Below, one piece after another: positions 40,140 to 52,608 of a stretch of 64,000 nucleotides of DNA. Numbering within the stretch: position 1 is the stretch's first letter; each line of letters starts with the position of its first letter. The notes beneath the pieces were generated by a model. That model did no database searches and was not told the DNA's origin. It was given only the letters and a program-made list of their open reading frames with translations. A program made the translations under genes and the position numbers. Origin of the DNA: Malacoraja senta (taxonomy: Eukaryota). The stretch lies in the NCBI GenBank assembly GCA_038087875.1, contig JAXLNO010006158.1, positions 1 to 64,000 on the forward strand, in the 5' to 3' direction.

Positions 40140-40920
40140 TTACCATTGGAGCAGAAGTAGGCCTTTCAGTCCATTGAGTCTACTCCACCATTCAGTCATG
40201 GCAGATCTATTTTTACCTCTGAATCCCATTCTCCAGCCTTCTCCCTGTAACTTTTGGCACCCGTACTAATCAAGAACCTATCATTCTCTGCTTTAAAATA
40301 TGCAATGACTTGACCCACACAGCTGTCTGTATCAATGAATTCCACAGATTCACCACCCTGTGACTAAAGAAATTCCTCCTCATCTCCATTTTGAAAGTAC
40401 GTATTTTTATTGTGAGGCTGTGCTAGACTCTCCCATTACTGAAAACATCCTATCCACATCCACTAACTGGGACTTTCATTAACTGGTAGGTTTCAGAGAT
40501 TTTCCCCTCATCCTTCTAAATTCCCACGAGTAGAAGCCCAGAGACTTCAAACGTTCCTCATACGTTAAATCAATCATCCCCAGGACATACTTCCTCTGGA
40601 CCCTCTCCAAAGCCAACACATCCTTTCTAATATGGAGCCCAAAACTGCTCACAATATTCCAAATGTGTCTTCACCAGTGCCCGATAAATCCTCAGCATTA
40701 TATCATTGTTTTTATATTCTAGTCCCCCCGAAATGAATGCTGGCATTGCATTTGCCTTACTTACCACTGACTCAATCTGCAAATGAACTATTTGGGAATC
40801 CTGCACTAGTACTCCCACTTTGTAGCTCAGATTTCTGAATTCTCTCCCCATTTAGTAAATAGTCTATGTCTTTATTCCGACTGCCAAAATGTAAAACCAG
40901 ACACTTGCTACACTGTATTC
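40140..40920 (-). mobile_element. CR1 LINE fragment
   Basis: ALVKTHLEYCEQFWAPY motif and the CR1 3' UTR. Confidence 0.8.
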
Positions 40921-40944
40921 CATTTGGCTCTGCTTTGCCCACTC

Positions 40945-41600
40945 GGTGGAACAGCTGCCTTACAGCGCCAGAGCCCCGGTTCAATTCTGACTACGGGTCC
41001 CGTCTGTACAGAGTTTTGTACCTTCTCCCCCGGACCTGCTTGGGTTTTGCCCTGGATCTCCGGTTTCCTCCCTCAGTCCAAAGACATACAGGTTTGTAGG
41101 TTAATTGGCTTGGTATAATTGTAAATTGTCCCCTAATAAGTAAGATAATGTAAGTGTGCAGGGATCGCTGGTTGACGCAGACTCGTGGGCCAAAGGGCCG
41201 GTTTCTGCGCTGTATCTCTTAAATTAAACCACATTCCATTGACTATCAATAATTCTGGGCAATTAGATAACCACAAATTAATAATGGGTGGCACAGTGGC
41301 GTAGCGGTAGAGCTGCTGCCTTACTGCACCAGAGACCTGGGTTTGATCCTGACTACAGGTGCTGTCTGCAAGGACATTGTATGTTCTCCCTGTGACTGCG
41401 TGGGTTTTCTCCGGGTGCTCCGGTTTCCTCCCACACTCCAAAGGCATACAGGCTTGAAGGTTACTTGGCTTAGGTAAAATTGTAAATTGTCCCCAGTGTG
41501 TTGGTTAGTGTAAATGTACGGGCTGATCACTGTTCAGCGTGGACTCAGTGAGCTGAGGGGCCTGTATCTGCACCATATCTCTAAAGTCTAAAATCTAAAT
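40945..41600 (+). mobile_element. Two HE1-type V-SINEs
   Basis: Head, V-domain and tail at about 40945-41222 and 41287-41600. Confidence 0.8.
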
Positions 41601-41691
41601 GCACAGCTTAGTTAAGAGTGTGTTGAGGCTGTTATCTCAGTCCAGGAGGTTTATTCTCTCAAGTGATCAGCCTCATTGACTTGCCACTTAC

Positions 41692-41964
41692 CCTGTGGAA
41701 CATTGACTCCCTGCAGCAGAGTTGCATGTTCAATGTAACAGGAGAATTTTGCCACATCTTCTCTACTCAGTTGAATTGTATTCTTCAGCTGGTAAGTCCC
41801 ATCCCAATTGGGCAACAGATCACTGGATTCAGACTCGTGGTCTCCCTCACCATCTCTCAGCCACGTTACATCGATGGCCCGTGGGTAGAAGCCTGTGACA
41901 AGGCAGGAGAGTCTCAGTGATTGTGACCCATCACGTTTAATCCCAATAAACACCTCAGGGGTTT
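41692..41964 (-). CDS. MHC class I-like gene, exon 4 (alpha3, C1-set Ig domain)
   Basis: ttgcag| acceptor, |gtaagt donor, 273 bp, phase 1-1. LSCLVTGFYPRAIDVTW...LPNWDGTYQ...FSCYIEH are C1-set motifs. Confidence 0.95.
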
Positions 41965-42774
41965 CTGCAAGTGTAGGAAGCGTCAGAATCAGTGAAGACA
42001 TGAACAAAAGCCTTCAATTGTAAGATCACTGCAACTCACCTCTTTCCCAATCAGTTTTTTCTCCAGCTGAACAAAGTTTCCAGCCTAGACCCAAAATGCT
42101 GGAATAACTCAGCAGGTCAGGCAGCATCTCTGGAGAGAAGGAATGCCCAGAGATGCTATCTGACCCACTAAGTTACTCCAACATCTTCTATCTTCGGTGT
42201 AAACCATCATCTGCAGTTCTATCTTGCACAAAGTTTACAGCCTTTTCTCTTTTCATTTTGCATTTCTGGCAAAACAACAAAACATTTAGTTTTAATATCA
42301 CTGACATGCTCCTTATCTTAGCTCCAGACTTGAACTGACAGCGCAGATGTAAGGGGAATGCAGGCCCAATGGAGGAGTATAACTCACCATTGGGATTGAT
42401 ACTGTAGACATGATTGCTTCTACTTGTTCATGAATCTCAGCTGAATAATAACACTAAATATTCCAAGAGGGAATGGGAGGAAGAAGTTCTTCAACCAGAG
42501 AACTGTTGGAAATTGGATGTCACCATCCCAAGGAGTAATAGAGGCAAATAGAGAATCTGATTGGGTTTCTGATCAGCACAGCAACAGACCCTTCAGGCAC
42601 AAGGTCAATGCTAAACATAAGACCAAGATACATATCCCTCCATTTCCTGAATATCTATATGACTGTGGATAGAGGACGCTGGTACAATATTTATCTTTCA
42701 CTTGCACTTCCTACCCACTGGCTCCATCTAAGAGGCACGTTGCCAGACAATTTACTGATACCCTCGCCCAAGAA

Positions 42775-43066
42775 CAGGGTGGCGAAGCGGTCGAACTACT
42801 GCCTTACAGCGCCAGAGACCTGGGTTTGTTACTAACTACGGGTGCTTGTCTTTACGCAGTTTGTACGTTCTCCCTGTGACCTGCGTGGGTTTTATCCGAG
42901 ATCTTCGGTTTCAGCTCACACTCGAAAGACGTACAAATTTGTAGGTTAATTGGATTGGTATAAATGCAAATTGTCCCTAGTGTGTGTAGGATAGTGTTAG
43001 TGTGCGGGCATGGCTGGTCGGTGCGGTCTCGGTGGGTTTCCGAGCTGTATCTCTAAACTAAACTAA
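42775..43066 (+). mobile_element. HE1-type V-SINE
   Basis: Head, V-domain, (CTAAA)n tail. Confidence 0.82.
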
Positions 43067-43166
43067 ATAATTACTCAAGTGACAGCCTGAAGTGCATGAT
43101 ATTTCCCACCTGATCTATCCAGAGGATATCCTCTGGCCCATCAGTCAGAGTGCCTACGTCATGTAC

Positions 43167-43442
43167 CTCTCCTCTGTAGTGCTTCTTGTCCACACTCCAG
43201 ATATATCCGCAGCCACTTCACACAGTCCTTCTCCAGGAGATCTTTAAAATACTTGTTCATGAAGGTGTTGACGTTCCACCGATCTGCTAGCATCTGGAAA
43301 TCTGGACGTAGTGCAATCCAGCGCATTCTGTCCTTGTCAAAAGCACAGGCATCCTCCCCATCATAACCCAGTCTGACAAACCCATCAGTGGAATTGTCAC
43401 TGTCCACTTCACAGCCGCAGAAACCCTGGACAAAGAAAACAG
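43167..43442 (-). CDS. MHC class I-like gene, exon 3 (alpha2 domain)
   Basis: Pyrimidine tract + cccag| acceptor, |gtacat donor, 276 bp (the canonical class I alpha2 exon size). VQGFCGCEV...YDGED...RW...CVKWLRIYLE contains the C101-C164 pair, Q96, G120, D122, W147 and Y171. Confidence 0.95.
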
Positions 43443-45188
43443 CTGGGGCTGAGGTAGGGGTGGAGGATTTGGGTTGGGGAGAGTGGATGGAAGGGAGAGG
43501 CAATTTACAAATCAGTTCTCAGCATGGTACAAACAGGCATAACAGAACACAACATGGACCTGTACAGCACAGGAGCAGGTTTAGCTCAGAGATACAGCGC
43601 GGAAACAGGCACTTCGGCCCACCGAGTCCGCACTGACCAGTGATCCCCGCACATTAACAGTATCCTACACAGACTACTTTTCTTTTCCAGCTTTCTCCAC
43701 CCTACTCCATCACTCTAAATGGTCCTGGTCTCATATGTTTTCTGTCCATTTTTCCACAGCATGCTGCCTGACTCGTTGAGTTCCTCCTGTTTGTTTTTAA
43801 TTCAGATTGGCAGCATCTGCAGTTTGCTGTGACTCCATCTTAGTACAAATGATGATCAATGTGGATTCAGTGAGCAGAAGGGCCAGTTTCCATGATGTAT
43901 GACTCTATGACCCATTGCCCATATACTGAGGGCATGGACTAACCTCAAGTGTTGAGGGGGGAAGCTTTACTGTAGCGGATGTAACACTAAAGGAGTTTTG
44001 CTGTGTCAGAAGGGTAGAATTCAGATTCTGCACTTTCGTACATAAAGAACAGAGGAAGGAGTGCATTGTCAGATGGGCAATGTTATACAGTGAACAGGTC
44101 AGTCTGAAGGTTAAGGCAATGCAGATGGGTAGTACATCAAGGCTGTTGCACTGTGTGGGATTGCTACACTCTCTGTGGATTGTTGCCAATATTGAGGGAA
44201 TGCTGGATTAACAGAATATTATTGTTGAGGGAATACATCATAGTCACCATCAACCAGCTTAATCAAGGTCCCATCTCTAGGTGATCAGGCTATAAATAAA
44301 CTATGGTTTCTCCCTCATTCTAGCCCAATAAAACAGATGATCCAATCCATCCACTTTTTACTGGTGTTAAATATCAAATGCTTAACCCATAAAGAGACTA
44401 TCACCAGCCAACTGTTATGACTGGGTGTTCAGCAGTTAGGACACATTAAATATAGACGATGGGCCGTGTCTCTATCAAAATGTGATGGAGTAAATGTCTG
44501 AAACAGCATCAATGGTGCTGAAGTGAAAAAGGTTGAGAGTTTCTGGTTCCCCTACTGCCTCAGGAGACTAAGGAAATGCGGCATCTCCAATGACTCTTAC
44601 AAACTTCTACAAATGTGCCATAGAAAGCACACTGACAGGTTGCATCACAACTTAGTTTGGAAAGAGTTCTGCCCAATACCGCTGGAAATGGCAGGGAGGT
44701 GGAGATGTAGCACAGTGGATCACACAAACATGATTCCCCAATAGTGAATCCATCTGTATTTCAACTGGCTCAGGAAAGCAGACAACATAATCAAAGATTC
44801 ACCCGCTCTGGTCATTCCTTCTTCTTCCTGCAGAAGGTACGTAAGCATTAAAGCGTGCACCACCAGACTCAGTAACTGTTTCCTCCCCTATGTTATCAGG
44901 TTTCTGAACAGTCCTCCCTTATGCTAGGGTTCACCTCAACCCCATTGTAGACACTGGACTTTGTCTCTGGCACTGGTGCCTTACAATGCTGAGAACTACA
45001 TTCTGCACTCTTTGCTCTACCTATTGTACGAGTTTGGTTTGATTGTATTTATGAATAGTTTTCTTTGATGTGATTGACTAACATGCAAAAAAAGTGTATC
45101 AGAGAATCATGTGTCAACAATAAAACTAAAACAAAATCCATCTGTGTCATCACTGAGTGTCTACCCCAGGTCCGCTCACGACACTTAC

Positions 45189-45449
45189 TCGAGATACCAT
45201 GTTGCTGTTGGTAGACTATCTCAGCATTTCCTCTGACAATCCCATGAAAACCTGCAACTGTGATGGCCATTGAATCCCAGTGATCCTGCGGGAAAGACTG
45301 GGCCATCCATCGCTGTCTGGGAACAGCCCGCTCTAGTGTGCTGTCAAAATATGCTATCTGGACGTCATCCAGCATTGCTACCATACTGTACTCAGGCAGC
45401 TCATTCAATCCATGGTTCAACAGGTAGTAAAATGCAAGATGGTGAAAAT
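45189..45449 (-). CDS. MHC class I-like gene, exon 2 (alpha1 domain)
   Basis: ttgcag| acceptor, |gtaagt donor, 261 bp, phase 1-1. Translates (D)FHHLAFYYLLNHGLNELPEYSMVAMLDDVQIAYFDSTLERAVPRQRWMAQSFPQDHWDSMAITVAGFHGIVRGNAEIVYQQQHGIS, with class I alpha1 hallmarks H3, LDD, YFDS, PRQRW and W60. Confidence 0.93.
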
Positions 45450-45639
45450 CTGCAATGCATAAACAAAAATAAGTATGATTGTATCATTCACTGAAAATAA
45501 CTAAGTTATTAATGCTAAAACTGATAACAATACAATAACTTTGAATAAGGGAGTCACAAGGACCTGCAGATGCAAGTGCTGGATGAACTCAGTGGGGCAG
45601 GCAGCATCAATGATCAGGTGACAATTTGGGTCAGGAGCC

Positions 45640-45958
45640 TTTAGTTTAGTTTTTAGCTTAGAGATACAGCATGGAAACAGGCCCTTCGGGCCACTGAGTC
45701 CACACTGACCAGCAACCCCCACACAATAACACTATCCTACACACACTAGGGACAATTTACATTCTACACCAAGCCAATTAACCTACAAACCTGTACGTCT
45801 TTGGAATGTGGGAAGAATCCGAACATCTCGGGAAAAACCCACACGGTAATGGGGTGAATGGACAAACTCCGTACAGACAGCATCCGTAATCAGGATCCAA
45901 CCTGGGTCTATGGTGCTGTAATCGAGATAAGGGAGCAAGTCTACTGCTGCACCACTGA
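45640..45958 (-). mobile_element. HE1-type V-SINE
   Basis: Reverse-complement SINE. Confidence 0.8.
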
Positions 45959-46992
45959 GCCTTCTTCAAGAGTTGGCATGATGGGCTCTGATACCTACTC
46001 CACCAATTATGGTCGAGGTATTGAATGATCCTATTGGATTGTTTCCCATCTTCAAAGATCTATTATTGTCTATCATGTCGATAGGTTCTACTAGTTACAA
46101 TATTCCAAAATTTGAAGAATATTTTATTATATTAAGAAACTGGACAATGTCAAGGAGACTTTATAGAATCATAGAGAGGTAAAGTCAAAGAGTCATACAG
46201 CAGGGAATCAGGGCCTATGGCTCAACTTGCCACACCAACCAACATGCCCCATCTACACTGCCTGTATTTCATCAGTACATAAGTTCTAGGAGAATAATTA
46301 GGCCAGTCAGCCCATCGGCCATTCAATCATGGCTGATCTATCTCTCCCTATCAACCACATTCTCCTGCCTGCACCCCATAACCCTTGAAACCTGTACTGA
46401 TCAAGAATCTGTTAATCTCCACCTGAGAAATATCCATTGACATGGGCTCTACAGCTGACTGAGGCCCATATCCTTATAAGCCTATCCTATCCATGTACCT
46501 GATTAAATGCTTCTTAAATGTCGTGACAGTACGTGCCTGAACTACCTTCTCCGGCAGTTCATTCAGTACACCCACCACCTTTTGTGTAACACAGCTACGC
46601 CTCAGGTTCCTATTAAATCATTCCCCCCTCATCTTAAACTTATGTCCTCTGGGTACAGCACATTAAAAGGCCCTTTAGCCCACCAAGTTCGTGGTAACCA
46701 TCAAACACCTATTTGTACTTGTAGTACGCTAACCCATTTAATATTTGCCAATCTCCCATTAACACCTCCCTCATCCCCTCCACCAATTCTAATACATATG
46801 CATGATCAATTCACTTGGGCCAACTTACCTTTCAGCCCGGCATTTTTGGGACGTGCGGGGAAACTGGAATAACCATAGGAAATAACCATGGGGGGGAGGG
46901 TGGAGGTGGAGGGTGGAGACTGTAATAAACAGGGCCTAAATACTGGAGTAACTCAGTGGGTCAGGCAGCATCTCCAGAGAAAAGGAAAAGGT

Positions 46993-47020
46993 GACGTTTC
47001 GTGTCGAGACCCTTCTTCAG
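46993..47020 (-). ncRNA. Minimal type I hammerhead ribozyme-like core in a Penelope terminal repeat (representative copy)
   Basis: CUGAAGA-A-GGGUCUCGACAC-GAAAC-GUC: catalytic boxes intact, one mismatch in stem II. Confidence 0.55.
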
Positions 47021-49189
47021 ACTGAGAGTCAGGGGACAGAGAACCGAGAGATATGAAAAAGTACAATGAAATATATGCACCCCCGACTCTGTCTGATGCA
47101 GTGTCTTGACCTGAAACTCCACCTATTCCTTTTCTCCAGCGATGCTGCCTGACTTGCTGAGTTACGCCAGCCTTTTGTATCTATCTTCGGTGTAAACCAG
47201 CATCTGCATCAGCAGTCAGAAGAAGGGTCTCGACCCGAAACGTCATCCATTCCTTCTCTCTAGGGATGCTGCCTGTGCCGCTGAGTTACTCCAGCTTTAT
47301 TGTCTATCTTTGGTTTAAATCAGCTTCTGCAGTTCCTTCTTACACATCTGCATTCCTTCCTACACTTGTCTCAACTGAAACATCACCTAACCATGTTCTC
47401 CAGACATACTGCCTGACCTGCTGAATTACTCCAGTATTTTATGTGTATTAACCAGCATGTGCAGTTTCTTGTTTCCACACGAACAAGCAGTATTTGTTCT
47501 GTGATAAAGATTACATGGAGCACACCATACAGTCAAAGTTCATGTGTTTAAGTGAAGTGAGAAGGGGCCCCGAGGGCAGAGTTAGAAGTGTCTGTTTCAG
47601 TGTTACCAGGAGAAACATAAGAAGGCTAAGAGTGGAATAGTAACGATAAAATCCATGTGGCTTCCCAAAACACTCCACAGCCAAGGATTTTTGTTTTATA
47701 TGTTATTATTTCAACACGGCCATCACCATTATATTTACTTCCATCTGATAAGAATGGGATTAAACTTTCAGGACGAGCATCCGATTACAGGTTTGTAATC
47801 TCTAAGCCTTGACGAATGTCAGAATAGTTAGAAAGGTACCATTGTGTGGGAAGAAATTGCTCATCAGATTCCCATTAAATCTTTCCCCCCTCAATTTAAA
47901 CCTATGTCCTCTGGTTCTCGATTCTGTAATCTGTTGAATATGTTGCCCACTTGAAAATTTCCAGATTGAGATTGATAGATTTTTGTTCATTAAGGGTGTA
48001 ATGGGCTGGAGTTCGGCCACAATGTCTGTGCCGAACATGATGTCAAGTTCAACTAAACTCTTCATGCTTGTAGATGATTCATATCCCTCAATTCCCTGCA
48101 TATCCACGTGCCTATCCTCAAGCTTCTTAAATCTCATTATCGTCTTCTGGGGAAGTGGTGATGGGGTAATGGATAGGGTCTGCAGGACAGGAAGCATGCA
48201 ACAAACAACAAGATGGCAACAACATTAACACAACATTGATTGGTCATTTAATGCAGGCTGAATTTTACCATCATGTGGGTGTCTAACACCAGCTGAGGAA
48301 ATCTTGGAGAGGTGGGACACCTACTAATGCAGAAGTCACTTCTTTATTTAAAGTGCACATCACCGGTTTACCTGAATTCTGTCTGAGGCATTAGTGCAAG
48401 GACAGATTGGACAAACATGGATTGTTTTCTCTTGTATACTGGAGGTTGAAGGGAGACCTGATGAAAGTGCATAACATGGTGAGAGGCACAGACAGAGTGG
48501 ACAGCCAGAACCTTTTTCCCAGGGTGGAAATGTTGAAGACCAGAGAACATCACTTTAAGGTTGGAGAAGCAATGTTCAAAGGAGATGAGCGGAGCAAGTT
48601 GTTTTATGTGGAGGGTGGTGGACATCTGTAACGCGCTGCCAGTGGTGGTGATGGTGGTGGCAGATATAACAGTTACATTTCAGAGGCTTTTGGATAGGTA
48701 CATAGTTAGGCAGGGAATGGCCAGATACAGATCACATACAGGTAGAGGAGATTAGTTTATTTTGTTCGGCACAGACATTGTGGGCCGAAGGTAGACACAA
48801 AATGCTGAGGTAACAGCGGGTCAGGCAGCATCTCTGGAGAAAAGGAATGGGTGACGTTTTGGGGTTTTGGGTCGAGACCCTTCTTCAGACTGAAGGACCG
48901 AAGGACCTGCTCCTATGCTGTATTGTACTATGCTCTATGTTCATTATTTACATGTATTCAGTTCTTCTCTTCAATGGATTACCAAGGTAACCATAGTATA
49001 TATAACCTCACAGGAACCTTCACAACTCAGGAATGACCATTACCCAAAATTATTAATACATTCAATTCAATCATTCAATTAATACATCCAAGACAATGAA
49101 CCCAGGGCAAACACAGGGACTGTGCAACAGTAAATAGAATCAGTTTTGTTGTTTCCTCAAAGTTCACAAGTAGAAAGAGCATTGCTTAC

Positions 49190-49241
49190 CAGACGAGACA
49201 GTGGCCACACCGTAAGTGTTGAGTAAGGTAAAAAGAAGCAT
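49190..49241 (-). CDS. MHC class I-like gene, exon 1 (signal peptide MLLFTLLNTYGVATVSS)
   Basis: ATG at 49241. 52 bp (17 codons + 1 nt), hydrophobic, ends TCT G|gtaagc (phase 1). Joins in frame to the alpha1 exon (G+AT = Asp). Confidence 0.82.
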
Positions 49242-49379
49242 GTTTAACAGCCGCCCACAGCACTATTTAACCAGCAGAGTAAATGCAGCAACAGTAACTT
49301 AATCTCTTGTACTTTTTTAACAGAACTCTGGTGTGAAGCTAATTATTGGTCCATGTGTACACAAACCTGATAACCAGAT

Positions 49380-49421
49380 CCAATGGGAATGAGACCACTT
49401 GTTCTGGTCACTAATTGCCAG
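49380..49421 (-). promoter_or_regulatory. Candidate X/X2-Y (SXY-like) module of the class I-like gene
   Basis: Minus strand reads CTGGCAATTAGTGACC, then ATTGG (inverted CCAAT) 22 bp after the TGAC, about 140 bp upstream of the ATG. Confidence 0.55.
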
Positions 49422-50153
49422 TGAATACAGTTTAAGGATCAGGTTTTATGGTAGGGATTATATTGGTGTTTTAAGGACAACAATTACAAAATCATATTTC
49501 ACATAGCATCTTACAACCGAATAGATGTTTCTCCAAGTATAACTATTTTACAATTCAGAATGCAGTCAATTCCACAAACTGCAGTTTTAGATAAACCAGA
49601 TAGTCTACTTTACTGTGTAGGAAGGAACTGCAGATGCTTGTTTTACTGTAGAAGGGTCTGAAGAAGGGTTTCGGCCCGAAACGTTACTTATTTCCTTCGC
49701 TCCATAGATGCTGCTGCACCCGCTGAGTTTCTCCAGCATTTTTGTGTACCTTGTTTACTGTAGGCAGATGCAAAAAGCTGGAGTAACTCAGCGGGTCAGG
49801 CAGCATCCTGGAGGTAATACCTCAGTCCCTCTCTTGGCAGCCCACTCCTTGCGCCCGTCGGCGGCAGCGGCTCCCTCCTCCACGACTCTCCGGGTTTCTG
49901 GGCCAAGCTCAGCAGCTTCCACCGGGTTGCTCTTGACACCGGTGAACCAAACCTGCCGGCACATATGGCTGCAGGCGACCGGCCGAGTCTAGCTTTGTTC
50001 TCGGCGGCTGCCGGGTCTGTCCTTGATTTCACTGGCCCGCCGGGATGTTCTCGGCGGCCGCCTGGTCGATCCGTGGTCATTTGCTTCTGTCACTGCGGTG
50101 CATCCCAGAAGCTTATGGCTAGTACACCATCTTCCTTCCAGCAGTCGATAACT

Positions 50154-51710
50154 TTTTTTAAATTTGTTTTAATTTTTTTTTTATTATTATTTTTTTTAAT
50201 TTTTATTTATTAGAAGTACATTACATTACAACCACATACATTAGTACTCGTCATTTATATCTTCTTACAATTAATGTACTCCATTTATTTTTTACACTAG
50301 AAAAAGAAAAGATTAAAAGAAAGAAGAAAGTGAAGGAAAAAGTGAAAGTGTAGAAAATGTGACAACAAAAAAGGACGAAGACCCTATAAGAGCAAAATTA
50401 AAAACAAAAGAAAAAGAGTTAAGGAATAGACCCTAGAAAAGAAAGAGAAAGAGAAAGAGGAAAAAGAGAGAAACAAATATTTTTATGAGCATCACGTAAA
50501 TAGGACATACCAACTCTTCAACTAGCATCCCCCCTTACCTGACCTCAATTTTTTTTTTTTTTTTTTTTTTTAAGTACTTTTGCACCCTATGTTTGTAATA
50601 ATTCTATAAATGCAGACCACGTCAGGTGGAAGTGATCTGGTTTACCTGCCAGGAGGAGTCTTATCTCTTCTAGGTGTAATGTTTCAAACATATTTGAAAT
50701 CCACATATTTATAGTTGGTATTGGAGCCTTCTTCCAAAATTTTAGAATTAGCTTTTTTCCAGTTATTAACCCATAGTCCATTAGTTTCTTTTGAAACACA
50801 TTTAGTTCTGGACCACCTTCCGTTATTCCGAAGATAATCCATTCTGCTTTGGGTATCAGTCTTGTTTTAAATAACTTTGTAAAGATTTCAAAAATTTAAT
50901 TCCAAAATTTTTGAATTTTTGTACAGAAAACGAATGAGTGCGCTATAGTAGCTTCTTGGGATTGACATTTATCACAAATAGATGAAACATTTGGGAAAAT
51001 TTTATGAATTTTAGTTTTCGAATAATATAATCTATGTAAAATTTTAAATTGTATTAAAGTGTGTCTTACATTAATCGAGCATTTATGCACGTTTAATAAG
51101 TATTCATTCCAACTTTCCTTTGAAATTTTAATAGCTAACTCTTGTTCCCAGTCTCTTCTGATACCCTCCGTAGGTGGTATTTGTACATTTAAGATAATAT
51201 TATACAAATATGATATTAAGTTTGCTGATTCAGCTTTTATCTGCATTGCCTCGTCCAATACATCTACTGGGTTATTATAATGATCTTTTGTATATTTTTT
51301 CAAATAGTCGCATATTTGAAAATATTTAAAATATTGATTATTTCCGAGTTTATATTTTATTTGTAATTGTTGAAATGAAAGTAATTTTCCAGTTTCATAC
51401 GTCACCAAGCATTTTAATTCCTAGTCTATCCCAATGTGTAAAAGCTTTATCTATAATAGAGGGATTAAACGAAGGGTTATTAACTATAGGTAATAAAAGT
51501 GATACATTTCTTAATTTTAAATTTTGTTTTATTTGTTTCCAAATTCGGATTGTACTATGAATAATTGGGTTCTTATTATAATTTATGTTATTCAATTTCA
51601 TTGGAGAAAGGAGGATCGCTCCAATGTTTCTAGAGGAGCAATCCTCTTTCTCCATTACAATCCAGTCCACTTGCTGGGCGGAGTTATCCATCAGTTGAAT
51701 CATATTTTTA
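50154..51710 (-). mobile_element. L1 LINE, 5'-truncated, with 12-bp TSD
   Basis: ORF2 C-terminal CCHC region (CDKCQSQEATIAHSFVFC), A-rich tail, CAGTCGATAACT at 50142-50153 and 51711-51722. Confidence 0.88.
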
Positions 51711-51796
51711 CAGTCGATAACTACCTCCTTCAAATTCACCTTGCTGACATTGATGGAGAGATTGGAGATTCTGCAATAGAATAGTGAACATATTTA

Positions 51797-52097
51797 GGGG
51801 TGGCACAATGGCGCAGCGGTGGAGCTGCTGCCTTACAGCGCCAGAGACCCGGGTTCGACCCTGACAACGGGTGCTGTCAGTAAGGAGTTTGTACGTTGTC
51901 CCCGTGATCACATGGGATTTCTCCGGGAGCTCTGATTTCCTCCCACACTCCAAAGACATACAGGTTTGTAAGTTATTGTCCTTCGGTAAAAACAATGGTA
52001 AATTGTCTCACCTGTGTCGGATGGTGCTGGTTTATGGGGATCGCTGGTCGGCACGGACTCAGTAGGACTATTTCAGCGCTGTATCTCTAAAACTAAA
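51797..52097 (+). mobile_element. HE1-type V-SINE
   Basis: A box, B box GGTTCGACCC, V-domain, tail. Confidence 0.85.
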
Positions 52098-52608
52098 CAA
52101 AATGAAATTAAATTTAGAATAGAACAATATGGCCCTTTGGCCCACAATGTTTGTGCCAACATGATGCCAACTTAAACTGATCTTATCTGCCTGTACATGA
52201 CCCATATCCCTCTATTCCCCGCACTTCCATGTGCCTATCTGAAAGTCTCTTAAATCCTACTATCATATCTGCACTACCACCACCCATACAGTGCGTTCCA
52301 GGCCCCGCCCACTGTATAAAGAAACATGCCCTCTACTTCTCCATTAAACCTTCCCCCTTTCACTTTCTAGCTCTGGCCTCTAAAGTTGAGCATTTCCAAA
52401 CTGGTGAAATGGTTCTGACTGTCTACGCCTCTCATAATCTGGAGCAACAAACAAACTGCTGGAGCCTAGGGGAACTCAGCGGTCGAGCAGCATCTGTGGG
52501 GAGGGAGGAAATTATTGACATTCCGGGATGAGACCCAGCATCAGTTTTGTTTGTTCCAAATTTGTAATAAAATATCTGTGGACAGCAACCGCCAGATTAC
52601 TGTCACTT

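Noticed and set aside
38286-49241. MHC class II or classical UAA identity for the main gene
   Set aside because: The three-domain 87/92/91-codon ectodomain is class I, and seven of the nine anchor positions examined are substituted.
49264-49270. TTAAATA as a TATA box
   Set aside because: Only about 25 bp from the ATG, leaving almost no 5' UTR; unsupported without TSS data.
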